Positions 1 to 14,452 of a stretch of DNA of 64,000 bases are shown here, one piece after another (position 1 is the stretch's first letter; each line of letters begins with the position of its first letter). The stretch is taken from positions 1,054,001 through 1,118,000 of the forward strand of contig CM022670.1 of the NCBI GenBank assembly GCA_012295275.1, in the 5' to 3' direction. The notes beneath the pieces are model-generated. The model was given only the letters and a program-made list of their open reading frames with translations, did no database searches and was not told where the DNA came from. The position numbers were made by a program, and so were the translations under genes. The DNA is from Chrysomallon squamiferum. Its lineage: Eukaryota; Animalia; Mollusca.

Positions 1-172
1 AATGTAATTTCTTACTTTCTGCCTGATGCAGCGAACCTTACTTTCACAACATCTATTCTAACAGTGAAAGAAACAATTTCTCAGTTCATAAATGATGTGC
101 TGAATTTCAGTTCAATTTGATTTCATCTTTGGCTATGCATTTACTGACCTATGACTAAATATATATCAGTAC

Positions 173-362
173 CTTGAGTCCTGAAAATCTCGGGTTTTTG
201 TAGAACATATTCATCTGATCAGGTGGTAAAGGACCAATGACTTTCTGAATAACAAAGAGTTGATCTATCTCACTCTCTCCTGGAAACAGAGGCTGGCCAT
301 CGCTGAGTTCTCCCATTATACAGCCTATAGCCCAAATATCTACAGACTTCCCATAGGCAGCT
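173..362 (-). CDS. CDKL5: CDKL5 coding exon 8 (190 nt, [35 protein letters not shown]...RFSGLK)
   Basis: ttctag / gtactg boundaries; kinase subdomains IX-X. Confidence 0.95.
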
Positions 363-1333
363 CTAGAATAATGATAATAAAAAGAAAATAAGCAAGAACA
401 TAAATAAATAAATAAAATAACTGAATAAATAAAAAAATAAATAAAGAAAATAATTGAATATGTAAAAAAAAATATAAGTAAATAAATAAAGAGCATGTAA
501 GCTGGTATAAAAATATATTTTATTGGATATTAATTATTACTAAAATTATTATTAATTAATTAATTTTCAAGCATGAAAACTTTTGAAATCTTCATCAAAA
601 CTATAAGGTGTGTATCTGAATATGAAAAGAAATTTACCCAAGCAGTAATTCAGGTGATCTGTACCATCGAGTTGCTACGTAATCAGTGTACAGCCCGTCA
701 TTCCCACCTGTGATATTTCGGGCAAAGCCTGCAAATGGTAATATCAAGATTTGTTTTAAAAAATAAAATATATATATACATCTGTTTTCATTATCTCGAT
801 CCAATTTTAACCAGACCACCCATTAACACAATTAAAATTCCCTGAATTGTTTACTTTATTATACAAAACAGTAACAGATAAAAAATAGAAATAAATGCAA
901 TACATTTTCTAGTGTTACATTCACAATGGATAAAACATTTTTTTTTTTTAAATCAAACAAAAAAACTCAAGAAAAACCCAACAACAACCAAAGACAAAGA
1001 GAATGGAATAATTAAATTTATCAGAATGATTAGTAACTTACCAAAATCACACAATTTCAAAACTCCATTTTTACTTATTAACAGATTTTCTGGTTTTATA
1101 TCTGCAAAAACAAAACCAAAAAATAAATAAATTTAAAAAAAAGACAGGAAAAACATAAAACAAAATACTAACACACCTACTATCACTTATAAATAAATAA
1201 AAAAATAAAAAAATAAAATAAAATCCAACAAGATATAAATAAATAGAGACAAATAAATATGTAAATTAATATGTAAAAATTAATCCCAAAATAAATGCTC
1301 CTTTCAATATATGTTTAAGGAAAAGAAATGCCC

Positions 1334-1387
<54 letters not shown>

Positions 1388-4300
1388 CATGATAATGATA
1401 ATGTTGATGATTATGATGATGATAAAAAATAATTATAAACACAAAAACAAAAATAAAATTAAAATAAATAAAATAATTGTGCCCCCCAAAAAGAACAAAA
1501 AGATAAAATTTAAAGAAAGACATAAAATAATGGTGATGAAATTTTTTTCATAAACTTGTATAATATGTACATCTGGGTGTGTGTGTTTGAGATATAATAT
1601 TGCCTTCAATATCATTCTAATCATTCAACAAAAATTATAAACGGGTCAAACAATTCTGGGCTTTACATAAATATTTTGGAAACATAAATTTTTGTATATT
1701 TTTGCTAAAGGAATAAAGTAATTATTGATATATATATGTTTTGGCATTTACCATTTCAGGTCTAATGAAGAACACAACACTGTACTTGGAGCTAAGGCAA
1801 GACGGTCCAATCTTCCACATACATATTTAATATTTCTGGTTACTGATACCTTCAATAGTCCAAACAGTAATCATTTCTAATATAATTAATTTATACTGAA
1901 ATGCCAATCCTTTTAAAATTATACCTCGAAGTAGAGTATCTTGCCAAACTGTCAATACTCTGAATTAATTTCCAAGGTAAATGGTAACAAATCTATGTGA
2001 ATGTTTTTATTGGTATTGATGTTTAGACATAAAATGTAAAGGGGAAACAGGACTGGTGATAACTCATGGCAAAACGTTACTGTACTTTTACTGATTGTAG
2101 AATCAGTCTTCTCTGATGCACTATTTAACTATTTTTGTATTACTGCCCAGTAACATGCACATCAAAGACTATAGTTTGCATCTTTCTTTTTAGGAAGGAA
2201 CATGCAAAAGATCCCATGTAATCTTTTATCAAAAGTTGAGGCTTATACATTTAAGATTTGTTGCTGCTAAATAGAAGGTTTTATTTTAAGTAATTTAATG
2301 TTGCTCATTTGTAGAATTCTCATTCCATTTCCAATTTCAGTTAGTTCACTAAGACTGGTTTCTCAAAGACAATGGTAAGTAGTTTAATGTTAAAAAGCAG
2401 GTGCAAGAAAACAAAAGAAAAAAATAGGGATTGACTGCTGCTAATATAGCCAACGGTATGGTCATTAATCATTAGCATTATCAAAATGTGTTGTTAATTA
2501 AATATATCTTCCTGATTTTCTTTCTCAGATGTCATCATTATTCAAATGACAATCAGACAGCAATAAATACTATAATGACTAGCTGATGATTCTTTTTAAA
2601 AAATGTATTCATTTATTCAGCCCATGCCAAAAACTGGAAATTACCAGAATTAATTATATAACTATGAATCCCAAACAATTTCTAAGTAAACGCTAAAAAC
2701 AAGTCAAACCTCTGTGAATGATTTCATTAGCATGACACCACTGAATTGCTTTACAAAGCTGGAAAGTATAGCTGCGCACTTTCTCCAATTCAACCCCATT
2801 TGGCATATCTTCCAGTAGTTCAAGCATGTTCTGAAATCAATAGCATCTCTTTAATTTTATAAGTTGTATATTTCAAAACTTTTTTTTTAGGCTATAAAGA
2901 AAAAATAATGAAAAAAAAGAGAAAAAAAGTCTGCATAAAATGTATAAAATATTGTGAAAATATGCTGAAGTGGGAGAAAAAATCACACACAAAACACATT
3001 CTAATTAAAATTAGGAATGATTCAATAAAAACAAAATACATTTCACCTGGATATTAAATATAGTAATTGTCATGTTCAATGATTATTTTAATAATAAATA
3101 CAGTAGTACAGAAATGAAACACAGAAGTATGAAAAAAAAATTCACATTTAGTGTTGAAAAACAATTTTATAGAAGAAAAAAAAATTAGAATAATTGCCAA
3201 TTTCAGTAAACTGACACAACACTGATATAAAAATATAACACTGCAGCTTTTATTTCACACAAAAACATTAAAGTACACTGCCGTTAACAGTCAAAGCAGT
3301 TCTAAAAATATCAGTATTGACACAAGCTGTTCAGTGAACTGAGATGGCCCACAGCTGTGTGCGTGCCTGACGATAAGACTACAAAAGACAAATATTAACA
3401 TACTGAATGACAGGTAATGTACGCAACCACAGTTCATTAACATTCATTCAAAACATTTCTCTGTGAATATCATAATGCAAGACAAAATAATAAATTCTAA
3501 TCTTCTCTGAACACAGTTAAGTAGAGATGGACCTGGTAGTTATTAACGCACTGTTCACATAAAGAACTATCTGTCATTAAACACAGCACGCATTGTTTGT
3601 CTTGTTATTATAAAGAACAGATATATAATGCAACATTATGCTTGGCTTGGCTTGCTTGTATTCATATTCAGAAGTGCTAAGATTAAATCACAAGTAAGTG
3701 TGTGTGTGTGTGTGTGGGGGGGGGTCTATGTCTATATAAGTAGACATATTCCTTTACTTGGTGTGATTTTTTTAACCAGTCCATGTATAGGAGTCTTGAA
3801 TATATAATCCAGATTATTGAACAGTGTGCTGAATACCTGTGTATTTCATATCTGTCACTGACACTTGCATGTTAATGCTTTTTCAAAATAATATATCTTT
3901 CACAAAATTACCAATGTAAATTTTCCAGAGATAACTTGTTTTACCTAATAAATATTACATTGATGCATAATACATATTCACCTTTTCCACATATTCAAAG
4001 ACCAGATAAAGTTTTCCTTTTCGTCTGAAAGCTTCTCGTAACTGAACTATATTTTCTTGTTTGAGAGCTCGGAGCATTTTCAGCTCCCTTAAAGTTGTTC
4101 TCTTCACATCTTCATTTTCTAAAAATAAAATTTTAAATAAAAAATAAAAAAAATAAAATATAAATTATAAGTAAAATAATAAAAATAACACATTTAAAAA
4201 TAATATAATAAACTTGATCCTTTTCTTTTCACAAACTTATAATAATATATTTAAATAAGAATGTTTCAGACAACTGTGAATAAGTAGTAAAATGTAACTT

Positions 4301-6431
4301 TTTAATATACATGTATGTGTGTGTGTATGTGTGTGTGTGTGTTTATATATAGATATATAAACATTAAAGAGGTCAATGCAACATGTTCCTTTTAGAATTT
4401 AATTTTTGTTTAGAGTGAGTGAAAGTCAGAGAGAGATAAAGACAATCAAAACAAAGAATATGAGCATTTTTAAATAGCTCAATGCAATTATTAAAGTTAT
4501 TACACATATTTGAATAAATGTATTTGTTTCATTTAATTTATTATCTGCATTTTGTTCTGTATTTAGCAGACAACTTTTAAATACAAGAATAAAATAAAGA
4601 CTACAAAATCACAAAAACACTTGACATAGGAAATAATAGTTTAATCTTGAAATGCAAGCTGTTTTGTAACAGACTTAATGACAAAATAATCGGTGTAGCC
4701 AGACATGAAATATATCAGGACCTTCCACATAGCTCATTAATTGCAAGAAAACAAACTTTTTCAATGACTGGATTTGTGTGCCTGGCAATCAATCAACATT
4801 ATTGCTATCAATCCAGACACCTTTTCAAGACAGACATTCACATTCTAAAGGTTTAAAAAAAAAAAGGTAAAAAAGAAACAACTTCGAAATACTGTCTGTA
4901 AGTAACTGTTTACTTGTGTAGCAACAGGAAACATTGAATACCATGTTATGGCAAATTGTTGTAATGTTTGTATTACTGTAGAGGAGATGTGTATGTTTAC
5001 ATTCCCAAAGGAAATCATGTAATCAGGATGTTACCAATGGCATCTGGTCATTACAGAATTAAAAATTTAAGTAACATCTTAACATTGGATGTGATTTCTC
5101 TTTTCAAATATTCAGTAGGGCAGATGGTCCAGAAGAGATAACACTGGTTTCTGCACTTTTTTAAATTCAGGAGCTTCACTGTTATGGAATATAGAAACAG
5201 TAGTTAAAAGATTTATGAATATTAACTTTAAAATAAAATAAATAAAAAAATGTAATTAAAAAAAAATGTCTAAAAGAAAAGTATGGAAATTTGGATATTT
5301 GCCATTATTCACACATTACAAATTCATTGCTGCTGCAAGATGGTTGTGTCAACAAAACACTGCAGCCACAGTCCACCAAAGATGTTAGGGCATGCCTACT
5401 TTATCAAACTGGAACCTGTCGTCTCTTTGAAAAGATCTAAAGTAACAGAATGATTGTGCTAAGTCACGATAAAAATTATTGATTTGGAGATCATGTATCA
5501 CAATCCATTTGGTACACATCAGCCTGTTCTTAATTACGAGCATGCTCAAATGAATTCAGAAATTTTCTAAACTAAATATTCTGCACTAATAACTGAAATC
5601 TGAGAAAGGCAGAATAAAAAGCATTTCCTTTCATGTACACAGACAGAATTTCCTTCATGATTTCTCTAACTTTTGTTCCAGCTATAAAAGGTTCTTTTGA
5701 GGTATTATTTTGCACTTTGATTTGTTTGAAAATTTTCATCACAAATCATTTGATTTATTGTATGTATTCTGTATGATATAAAATGCCAGCTTATAAAAAA
5801 CCCACAAAAAAAAAAAAAAATAATAAAAAAAAAATAAAAAAAAAAATTTTTAAATCATTCTTCTTCTTCTTATTATTATGATGATGATGATGGTTAAGAA
5901 TTGTTATATTAAACATAAAACAACATCAAATAATGTAAAACATCAACAACAACAACAACAGTATAAACAATATAAAAGAAAACTCTTTACAAAATACAGT
6001 TTATTAATATAATATCTAGTAACACATTCTTTAGATCCCTTACATATAAAAAGAAAGAACCAACATATCACTACTCAAGTACTTATCAAGAATGTAGATG
6101 CTGATTAAATCAGTGACTTCAAAAGAACCACAAAAAAGGGAATGTCTAATGATCTGAAGTGTGTATATTTATTATAGCAGACAACAAACAAGTGTTGGGA
6201 GAATACAGATTTACAACACAGTATGACACTTTGACTGGTCAGTCAGTCTGGAAATAGGTATGAAATAAAATTTATCTGTAAAGTCTAATAATAATAATTC
6301 CAAACTGAGTGTTTCAGTAGCAGATAAAAAGAATGTTAATGAGAATTATTACCTTCACTGTCTTTAAATTTCTTAATTGCCACCATATCTCCATTTTCCT
6401 GAAAAATATAAAGTATTTATTATGTAAAATG

Positions 6432-6507
<76 letters not shown>

Positions 6508-9136
6508 ATTTAGGAGCAATAAAATGAAATAATAAAAACAAATATCAATAATTTAAATTTGAAAATAAATGCTTCAGTTAAATGTGTTATTGTAATCGTA
6601 CTTTTGCTAAAAATAGGATACCTATTTCAATTAAACATATAGCTCAACATAAAAATACTGACAAAATCAATGCAATAAACTATTTTTGAATGTTTTGTAC
6701 TTACAATCATTATTTAATTATTGTTTACAGGTATGACATATTATTGTGTAGTTGCCATGACAAAAATTAATACTTCTTTTTATACTGTAAACTAAAACAT
6801 TAATAAATAAATCTATTTTTCCTTCTTTTTTGCTGCAAGCCAAGCATAACAGAAACATTCTTTATGAAAACAGTTATTCATGATACTGAAGACTTATATG
6901 AGATTACTGCAGCAAGTGAGTGAACTTGTTACAAATCCAACACATACTAATTTAATCTTTACAATATTTGTCTGTATAGGATCAACTGTTGATGGATTTT
7001 CAAAGTCAAACGAAGTGCCACAGAATCAGAAAACAAACACTGAATATAGCTTTTACATTGAGGTCAGCCAAGCAAATAATCAGTTGTTATATTGCTGAAC
7101 ACCCAATTGTACTTAGGAACAACATACCAGGGCAGATGAAGTGAGACTATGGCTATCAGCAAGGAGAAGGGAAAGAGGGGGTATATTTTTCTAAAATATT
7201 ATCTGGAACTCCCTTTACATGTTTTGTAATAAATAATCATTAATCCAGAGAAGTATTCCCAAGCTTAAAATCTTAATTATATTATCAATATATCTTGACC
7301 GCTACTGAAAACATTCCTGAGTATGCCCCTGAAGGATGTCCTTGCAAAGGAAGGTTTTCGTAAGGTTATTGACTGTCAGCTCTTGACAGATTTACTCACC
7401 TCCATTCCAGCCTGGTTATGTTTTAATGGACAGTATAATAATATAATCTGCTTATTTTGCTATTATCAGTGACATTATTTAGATAGCTCTCATATACTTA
7501 CTGGAACAAATTATCTTCAGATATACCTATTACTTTAACATGACCATTTTGGATTAACATTTTAGATAAAGATAAAGAAAGTTTTAGTTTTATCTACTTA
7601 CAGCTTGTTTAAAAGCTATATTTCTTCAGTCAGATTCCATTATTATTATTTTATTGTTACTTTTATTACTTAAATCATTCCTAATATTCATTATTGTTGT
7701 TATTTTTTCATAACAATACATATATATACACTGGAATCACAGAGATAAAATGTTTTACAATTTAAAACATGAAATGTGGTGGTAGTGTTTAGAGCTTTAG
7801 TGTGAAATTCAAAACAAACAAAAAATAAAATAAAAAAAGATAAAAAAAACAAGTAAATAAATACAAATAAAATTAAAAGAAATATTTAAATACCCTCCAA
7901 AAAACAACAACAACAAAACCTGTACATAATCTTATGCATGTCAAATGCATATTAAATAAGTTTTCTTTACAGTGATGTATAGCACCTGGAACGCAATGAT
8001 TTATATTAAATTTTACATAATTAATGTGTACCTGTGGTGGTGGCATGAACAGATAATCTATAACATATACTACATTACTTTAAACTGACTGTTTTGATCT
8101 TAGGGACCAAACTTTGTTAGTAATAAATCATGACAATGATGTATTAAGTATGTGGTGATTCACAGACTCTGCTATTTTCCTTTCTTTACTGATGTTGCTT
8201 CTTACAATGAAATATAATAAGTAAATCATTGGTAACTGAACATTTTAATTTTTCCATTTCTGAGTAAAACATGACATATTACAAGGAATATGGCAACCTC
8301 TAAAATGTAATGCAGATGTATCATGTTACAGTCTTGTTCACAAAACAAATATATCATCACTGAGAAGCACATAGGTTTTCTTTAGGCTGGATGTTCAGAC
8401 TGTCCCAGGAATAGTTTAAATGTATGTAAAAAATAAACTGAGAAAGTATATTGGTATTTTACTTTGAATGCTTTGTGCACAGAAAAAATACTTTACCTTA
8501 TGACGACATTTTAAAACCACTCCATAGGCACCTGGAAACAAATTAAAAACATGTATTTGTCATTGTAACTTTAGCATACTGTTATGACAACAAATGCATA
8601 CATAAAGATCGAATATAATCGTGTATGTGTGTGTGTGTTCATGCGTGTGTGTGTGTGTGTATACGTATACACAAACACATGCATACATTCATACAATAAT
8701 AGAAACAATTTTTAAATGCTAAACAAAATAATAATAATAATAAAAATTAATTTTCACTTTACATTTTTGTCCATATGGATAATCAACATTCACTGAAAAA
8801 TGGTGTAAACCAGCAAACACATTTTTAGTTTTATTTAAGGAATGCATTAATTTTTCTTATCTTAAAATGTTTAGTAAGTTTTTATAAATCACTATAGCAT
8901 TAGCTAACATTTTTTCATTATTCATTACAGATCTTTCATATGTACTTTTCCACAGGCAAAATAACACACATCAGCTGATGAGCTCTGGTTTAGATGGGAA
9001 CAACAGTTACAAATATATATGAATATAAAAATGATTTCATACAGTGATTAAATCAGTGACTTTCACATAATTTATAAATTAAAGTGTTTCTTCACTTACC
9101 TTCACCTACAACCCCCAGTATTTCGTATTTGTTCAT
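173..9136 (-). CDS. CDKL5: Cyclin-dependent kinase-like 5 orthologue, N-terminal kinase domain, multi-exon; gene continues beyond the left edge
   Basis: Exons join in frame with GT-AG sites: 9136-9100, 8531-8497, 6398-6353, 4118-3982, 2830-2710, 1101-1042, 728-638, 362-173. Spliced protein: [56 protein letters not shown]...[10 protein letters not shown]...DFGFARN...[17 protein letters not shown]...[30 protein letters not shown] and [19 protein letters not shown] are CDKL5-type segments. Confidence 0.95.
638..728 (-). CDS. CDKL5: CDKL5 coding exon 7 (91 nt, [30 protein letters not shown])
   Basis: ttgcag / gtaaat boundaries; activation loop with TxY. Confidence 0.95.
1042..1101 (-). CDS. CDKL5: CDKL5 coding exon 6 (60 nt, [21 protein letters not shown])
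   Basis: ttgcag / gtaagt boundaries; catalytic loop and DFG. Confidence 0.94.
2710..2830 (-). CDS. CDKL5: CDKL5 coding exon 5 (121 nt, [12 protein letters not shown]...[10 protein letters not shown])
   Basis: tttcag / gtttga boundaries; in frame. Confidence 0.93.
3982..4118 (-). CDS. CDKL5: CDKL5 coding exon 4 (137 nt, [17 protein letters not shown]...LVFEYVEK)
   Basis: ttttag / gtgaat boundaries; alphaC helix and hinge. Confidence 0.94.
6353..6398 (-). CDS. CDKL5: CDKL5 coding exon 3 (46 nt, [15 protein letters not shown])
   Basis: tttcag / gtaata boundaries; contains the VAIK catalytic lysine. Confidence 0.93.
6435..6506. repeat. (AG)n microsatellite, representative; others near 28607-28690, 30344-30430, 33535-33583, 34291-34370, 52969-53054, 57935-58030, 62138-62252
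   Basis: Directly visible dinucleotide runs. Confidence 0.97.
8497..8531 (-). CDS. CDKL5: CDKL5 coding exon 2 (35 nt, [12 protein letters not shown])
   Basis: ttccag / gtaaag boundaries; completes the Gly-rich loop. Confidence 0.92.
9100..9136 (-). CDS. CDKL5: CDKL5 coding exon 1 ([13 protein letters not shown]); the exon starts at 9192 with 5'UTR
   Basis: Acceptor tttacag at 9193, in-frame upstream stop, ATG at 9136, donor GTAAGT at 9099. Confidence 0.9.
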
Positions 9137-11359
9137 CACATAGCAGTTGTTTCCAGCTACACAATCCACTGAAAAAAGTCATTGGAAACTACCTGTAAAG
9201 AAATATTTAAAAAAACAACTAAAAAAAAGAAAAACTACTAAATTTAGATTGCAAACTTATAAATAAATAAATATATCCAATATAATTTAAAAATCATAAT
9301 AAATTATATTCATTACATAAATTTTTAAATAAATAATGTCAGTATAATTAAAATGTGTATCAATGAATGTATTTCAAAAAAATAATTAACATTAGATTCA
9401 TTTCTTTATTTTCTGTTTTATAAAAATGCATTTTACAGCCTCAACTTGTTTGAAGTTCAGCTGTTTCAAACTGGTATATGAATTGTGATATCAGTTATAG
9501 CACAGTGATGTCAAAAGCATTTCATTTCAAAATAAATATAAAATATACAAACATTAACACACAAACACACACACACAAACACAAATGAAATGTATACACT
9601 GTTTTGATCTTCAACCAGCCATTCACTTCCATTTCATATTTTTTTTGTACAGATGCTTTATAAATCCTGGTGGTTTAATCGGTTGCTGTCTACTGACCCT
9701 TTTTATTATCGTTTTCTCAACATCAGACATGAAAAGCTCAGTTCAAAACAAGTGAGATAAATAATGCATGCAATTAACTCTGCAGGACACAACAATCTAA
9801 GGTCATATTGTTAATTATTTAATAAAATGGTGATTACAGACAGTTTCAAATGTCAGTGGCTTGTGTAATCAAACAACACACTATTTTAAAATGAATATAA
9901 TTATATAAAATAATACTGATGTATGTGTATACATTCATTCATACATACATACATACATACATACACAGAAAAAATATATAATTATTTCATTGTGTATACT
10001 TTAACTGGAACTAATTAGTTTCAAAATTTAAAATGTAAAAAGTAAAATTTAAAAAACAATTTTATAACTTTTTTTTAAATGTATAACAAAATATGCAATT
10101 AAAACAATAATCATTATGGAAAGCCAGCAATGAGAATATAAATTTAGTACTGAAAACATCAGTAACAAATTCATAAAAATCTATAAAGAAACTCATTCTT
10201 CTTTAAAAATATAAATAATAATTAATCCAAAAATAAAATAAATCAAATGTGATAAATTAGATACCTATAATATAATAATATTTATTCATTCACAAAATAA
10301 ATATCATTTTAAACTGTTTTATTTATTTATTGTTTTTTCACAAATGCCCAAATGTGAATGATAACATCACAAATAAAAACATCACTATCAGATGCATTTA
10401 TTTTATACAAATGTTATTTTAAAAAGGGTAAACAAAATAAAGGGTGGAGTGTTATTGATATAATTTCCTTGCTGGAGGGATCTGACACGTCTCAACAAGA
10501 TTTGTATTTCCATGTCAAGTATGTACCTAATTCATATTAAATCTCTTAGTTCTTATGTCAAACAAATCACATAGATACACATACACACATACCATATTTC
10601 AACCTGGAATAGCTCAAAGGCATTTCTCAACAAAGGAGACTGATTAACAGTCATTTGATACCCACACTGTCCTACGGTCTTTTCAATTTACCTCACTGTG
10701 CTTATTTTAATACATGATAATATTATACTCACAGAGTCATATAGAATTTTGGTTGAATAACCATACAGGAATAATTGCTAATTTTAATATGCAAGATCTG
10801 AATGAATGTTGAAATGAAATTTGGTTATGTAGCGTTTTATGTATATTTATATACAGATATATTTATTTATAACATGTTACATAAAGATAAGATTGACATC
10901 TATCTTTTAGAAATACAGTTATGAATTTATGACATGAAATATAGATCATATTTATAATTCCACAGCTCAAAACATAAAATAATTTCAACACCCTTAATCC
11001 ATTAAGCAATATCTGTACTTATTTTTTCTACTTAATTCTTTTTTTTAATCAATGAATTATTATAAAACAATATACTAGTATATATATATACAAGAAATAT
11101 AATCGAAAAATAATGATATTTTTAATTGGATTTAAAATTCAGGTTTATAGCTATAACAAAGTCAGCAAGAAATAAATTTCAAAACATATTTTATATTATA
11201 ACTATTTATTTATTATTCTAATTTTATAAAAATATGAATAAAATGTAGTTTATCGTTTTAAAATTATAACAAAATTTACAATTCAAAAATATTAGGATAA
11301 ACATTTAACCTTTTTTTATAATGTTTTTCAAAACAGAATTAAATAATATTATATGTTAA

Positions 11360-11481
<122 letters not shown>

Positions 11482-11698
11482 TTCCAAAAATGTCCTGTAT
11501 TTAGTGTTGGAAAACATTTATAATACTATTTAAAACAAACAAACAAACAAAATAAAAAATAAAACAATAATATTAATAGCAATAAAAAAGAAAACATAAT
11601 AAATAAATAAAAAAAGTTAACACTGATGGTGAAGCACCTGGCCTGAAAATTTGTTTTTCGAAATTTATATCATAATTTACTGATCAGTCAACACTTAC

Positions 11699-12160
11699 CG
11701 TCTTCATTAGTAATCCAAAAATTAATTAAAACAACATCAATATAAGATATCTCCCAAATGTTTTACAACTTGGATCCGTTTCGTACAAAACGTAACGGCA
11801 AAATATTATCACGTTACATGTTCAGTGTTGCAGACGACGCAAATACGTCTTAAAATAAGATCCCGTCATTATATGTCTGTTATAACCTTTTAAAGTGGAA
11901 TAGTTTACCGACGACCTCTTATAAAGGCATATGATTTGGGTCTTTTTATCTTAAAAATACAGGTTGTTATCGTTATTTTATAGCTTATTGATCGTAAATC
12001 TTCCAATCTATAAAGCACACTCCGCCATAATATTTTCCTTGCCAACAGGCCCACAATGCATCAGGTCGCGATAGATTTCCGGCTAACTGGCATTATTGAG
12101 AGGCCTTTTTGGGGCGTGACTGGACGGCGTAACAATTGCAGACGCAACTACATTAATTTA
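11699..12160 (-). promoter_or_regulatory. Probable CDKL5 promoter and non-coding first exon
   Basis: Donor CG|GTAAGT at 11699/11698; local CpG enrichment; YY1-like CCGCCAT 12022-12028, ZNF143/Staf-like GCCCACAATGCA 12049-12060, Ets TTTCCGG 12076-12082, ACTACA 12147-12152. TSS not determinable. Confidence 0.6.
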
Positions 12161-12256
12161 AAAAAATTAAATTATGGTCATAAACTGATATATTTTTTCC
12201 AAAAATAAAAGTATAACTATTGTCTGAGGCCAACACGTGCGCGTATACCTCCTATT

Positions 12257-12288
<32 letters not shown>

Positions 12289-12897
12289 AAAACACAAACA
12301 ACGTTATATATATACATATTTGATTATTTATATTTTTCCAAAAACGACTGTTAGCACTCACTAGAGTAGTTTCAGTTACTAGGAACGTCTTTACATATAC
12401 ACCGGTCATGGTTTGGGTGCGTGCGTCACTCTTGGAAGAAATTTGTTTATGTGACGCGTCTGATACGCTAAAGTTGTTTTATACAATTTTATATGATTTT
12501 TAAATTATTATTATTTTTTATTTATTCAGTTATTATTATTATTATTATTATTATTTTTTTTTTTTTTTTTGTACACGTCCACTAGGTATATAACTGAATA
12601 AAACCTGTGCAATCATCAGTTATAAAAATATACGTACTACTTTTCGAGTAGTTAGTTTTAAATCAGTTATTGTATTTTATAAATAAGTAATTTATTATTT
12701 TTAATTTATAAATAAATAAATAAATAAATAAATCATTTTGTTTAAAGTACGTTTTGTATTTGTTTTACACAATGAGAATCCTTTGTCCGAAACTCTTTTG
12801 ACCGAGATTTTCTAGACTTTATAGGATCTAAGTTTAAATAATAATTCCATTTATGTTTTATGTACAGCTTATACAAATAGTCTGCAGGAATTTTAAA

Positions 12898-12937
<40 letters not shown>

Positions 12938-13835
12938 TTTATTTTACAATACATTTAAAAAATAATAATAAAAAAAAAGAAAAAGAAATTGTGGATAAAA
13001 TAAAGTTTGTGTAAGCAAAACAATCCGAAAAATTAAGATACCTATTTCTTCCAACGGAAATGGTTTCTGATTCTGGATTTTCGCAGTATATATATTTCTG
13101 TGAAGTGTGTGTTCACTATTATCTTATTTTATGGCAAAAATTCATTTAAAAAAAAAAAAATGTTGGATGGATATAATTGATGTACATTAAAAAATTAACT
13201 AACTAACCAGCTAACTATCTAACTAAATTAGCAGTCGTCTCATGATATATCATTTTCACTCCTATAATCATATTTCCTAATTAATTCTACAGAAAAAGGT
13301 TAAGTTCGTTTTTATACACACCAAACATATAATTTTTTTTTACATATAATTATTAAAAAAAAAAAAAAAAAAAAAATGGGTAGAGAGAGAAGGAATATAA
13401 TGTAAACCTTTAAAAAAAAAAAAACAGTCCCAAACAAAACAACAACAACAACAAAAAATAAATAAATAAAATAAAATAAAACAAAAACAAAACAAAAACA
13501 ACAAAACAACACCAATAGCAATATAATCCCAACTACGTACGGATATGCAGACGTACAGACAGCAACAATTTTTAATTTCATCTACTTTATCGTAAACCTT
13601 TACTGTTAGACATAAATAAATAGGTTTCGCCCATCTATATAGACCCCCACCTCGCCTATCGATTTTAATGATTTCAGCAGACATCGGTAAACAGATATAT
13701 TTAAACAGCACTTCATACCATGAATGCTTGTTTCTACAAGTGCTATCTTGTTTTGTTGTTAGGCCAACAACAAGTCAAATAGTTTTCGTAGTTGTATCAC
13801 ACATGTCTGAACAAATGGAGGCTAGCACTTAAGAC

Positions 13836-13868
<33 letters not shown>

Positions 13869-14418
13869 GAAAAAAAAAAAAAAAGAAGAAGAAGAAGAAG
13901 AAAAAAACTAAAACATTTAAAAAAACAAACAAAAAAAACAAACAAACAAAAAAAACAACCTCTAGCCATGCTGATTGGCTGAAGGGTTCAGTACATACCT
14001 TAACACGCCTGAATACATTAACTGTATGTGTGTACTATTTATACGGTTCATTTCTTCTGACACAGGAAATAAAATATGACATTTATAATCATCACCGCAA
14101 CCACCAGCTTCAAAACAAAAAAAAAAAAAAAAAAAAAAAAAAAGAAAGAAAGAAAGAAAAGGAAATATAAAGAAAAAAGAAGGAAATATAAAGAAAAAAG
14201 AAGCAAAACCAGAAAGCTTCAATATTCCTATTATCATCCAGATAATAACCGAAAAAAAAAAAAATAAAAAAAAATAAAATAAAATAAACCAGGAAAAAAG
14301 GCCACCTACCAAACAGCCAATCAACAAAGCCCCCAAAACCGAAAACAACAACAAAATACAACGAAAAACTGATATACAAATATTTATTCATAGTTTTTAT
14401 TTTATTTATTTATTTATT

Positions 14419-14452
<34 letters not shown>

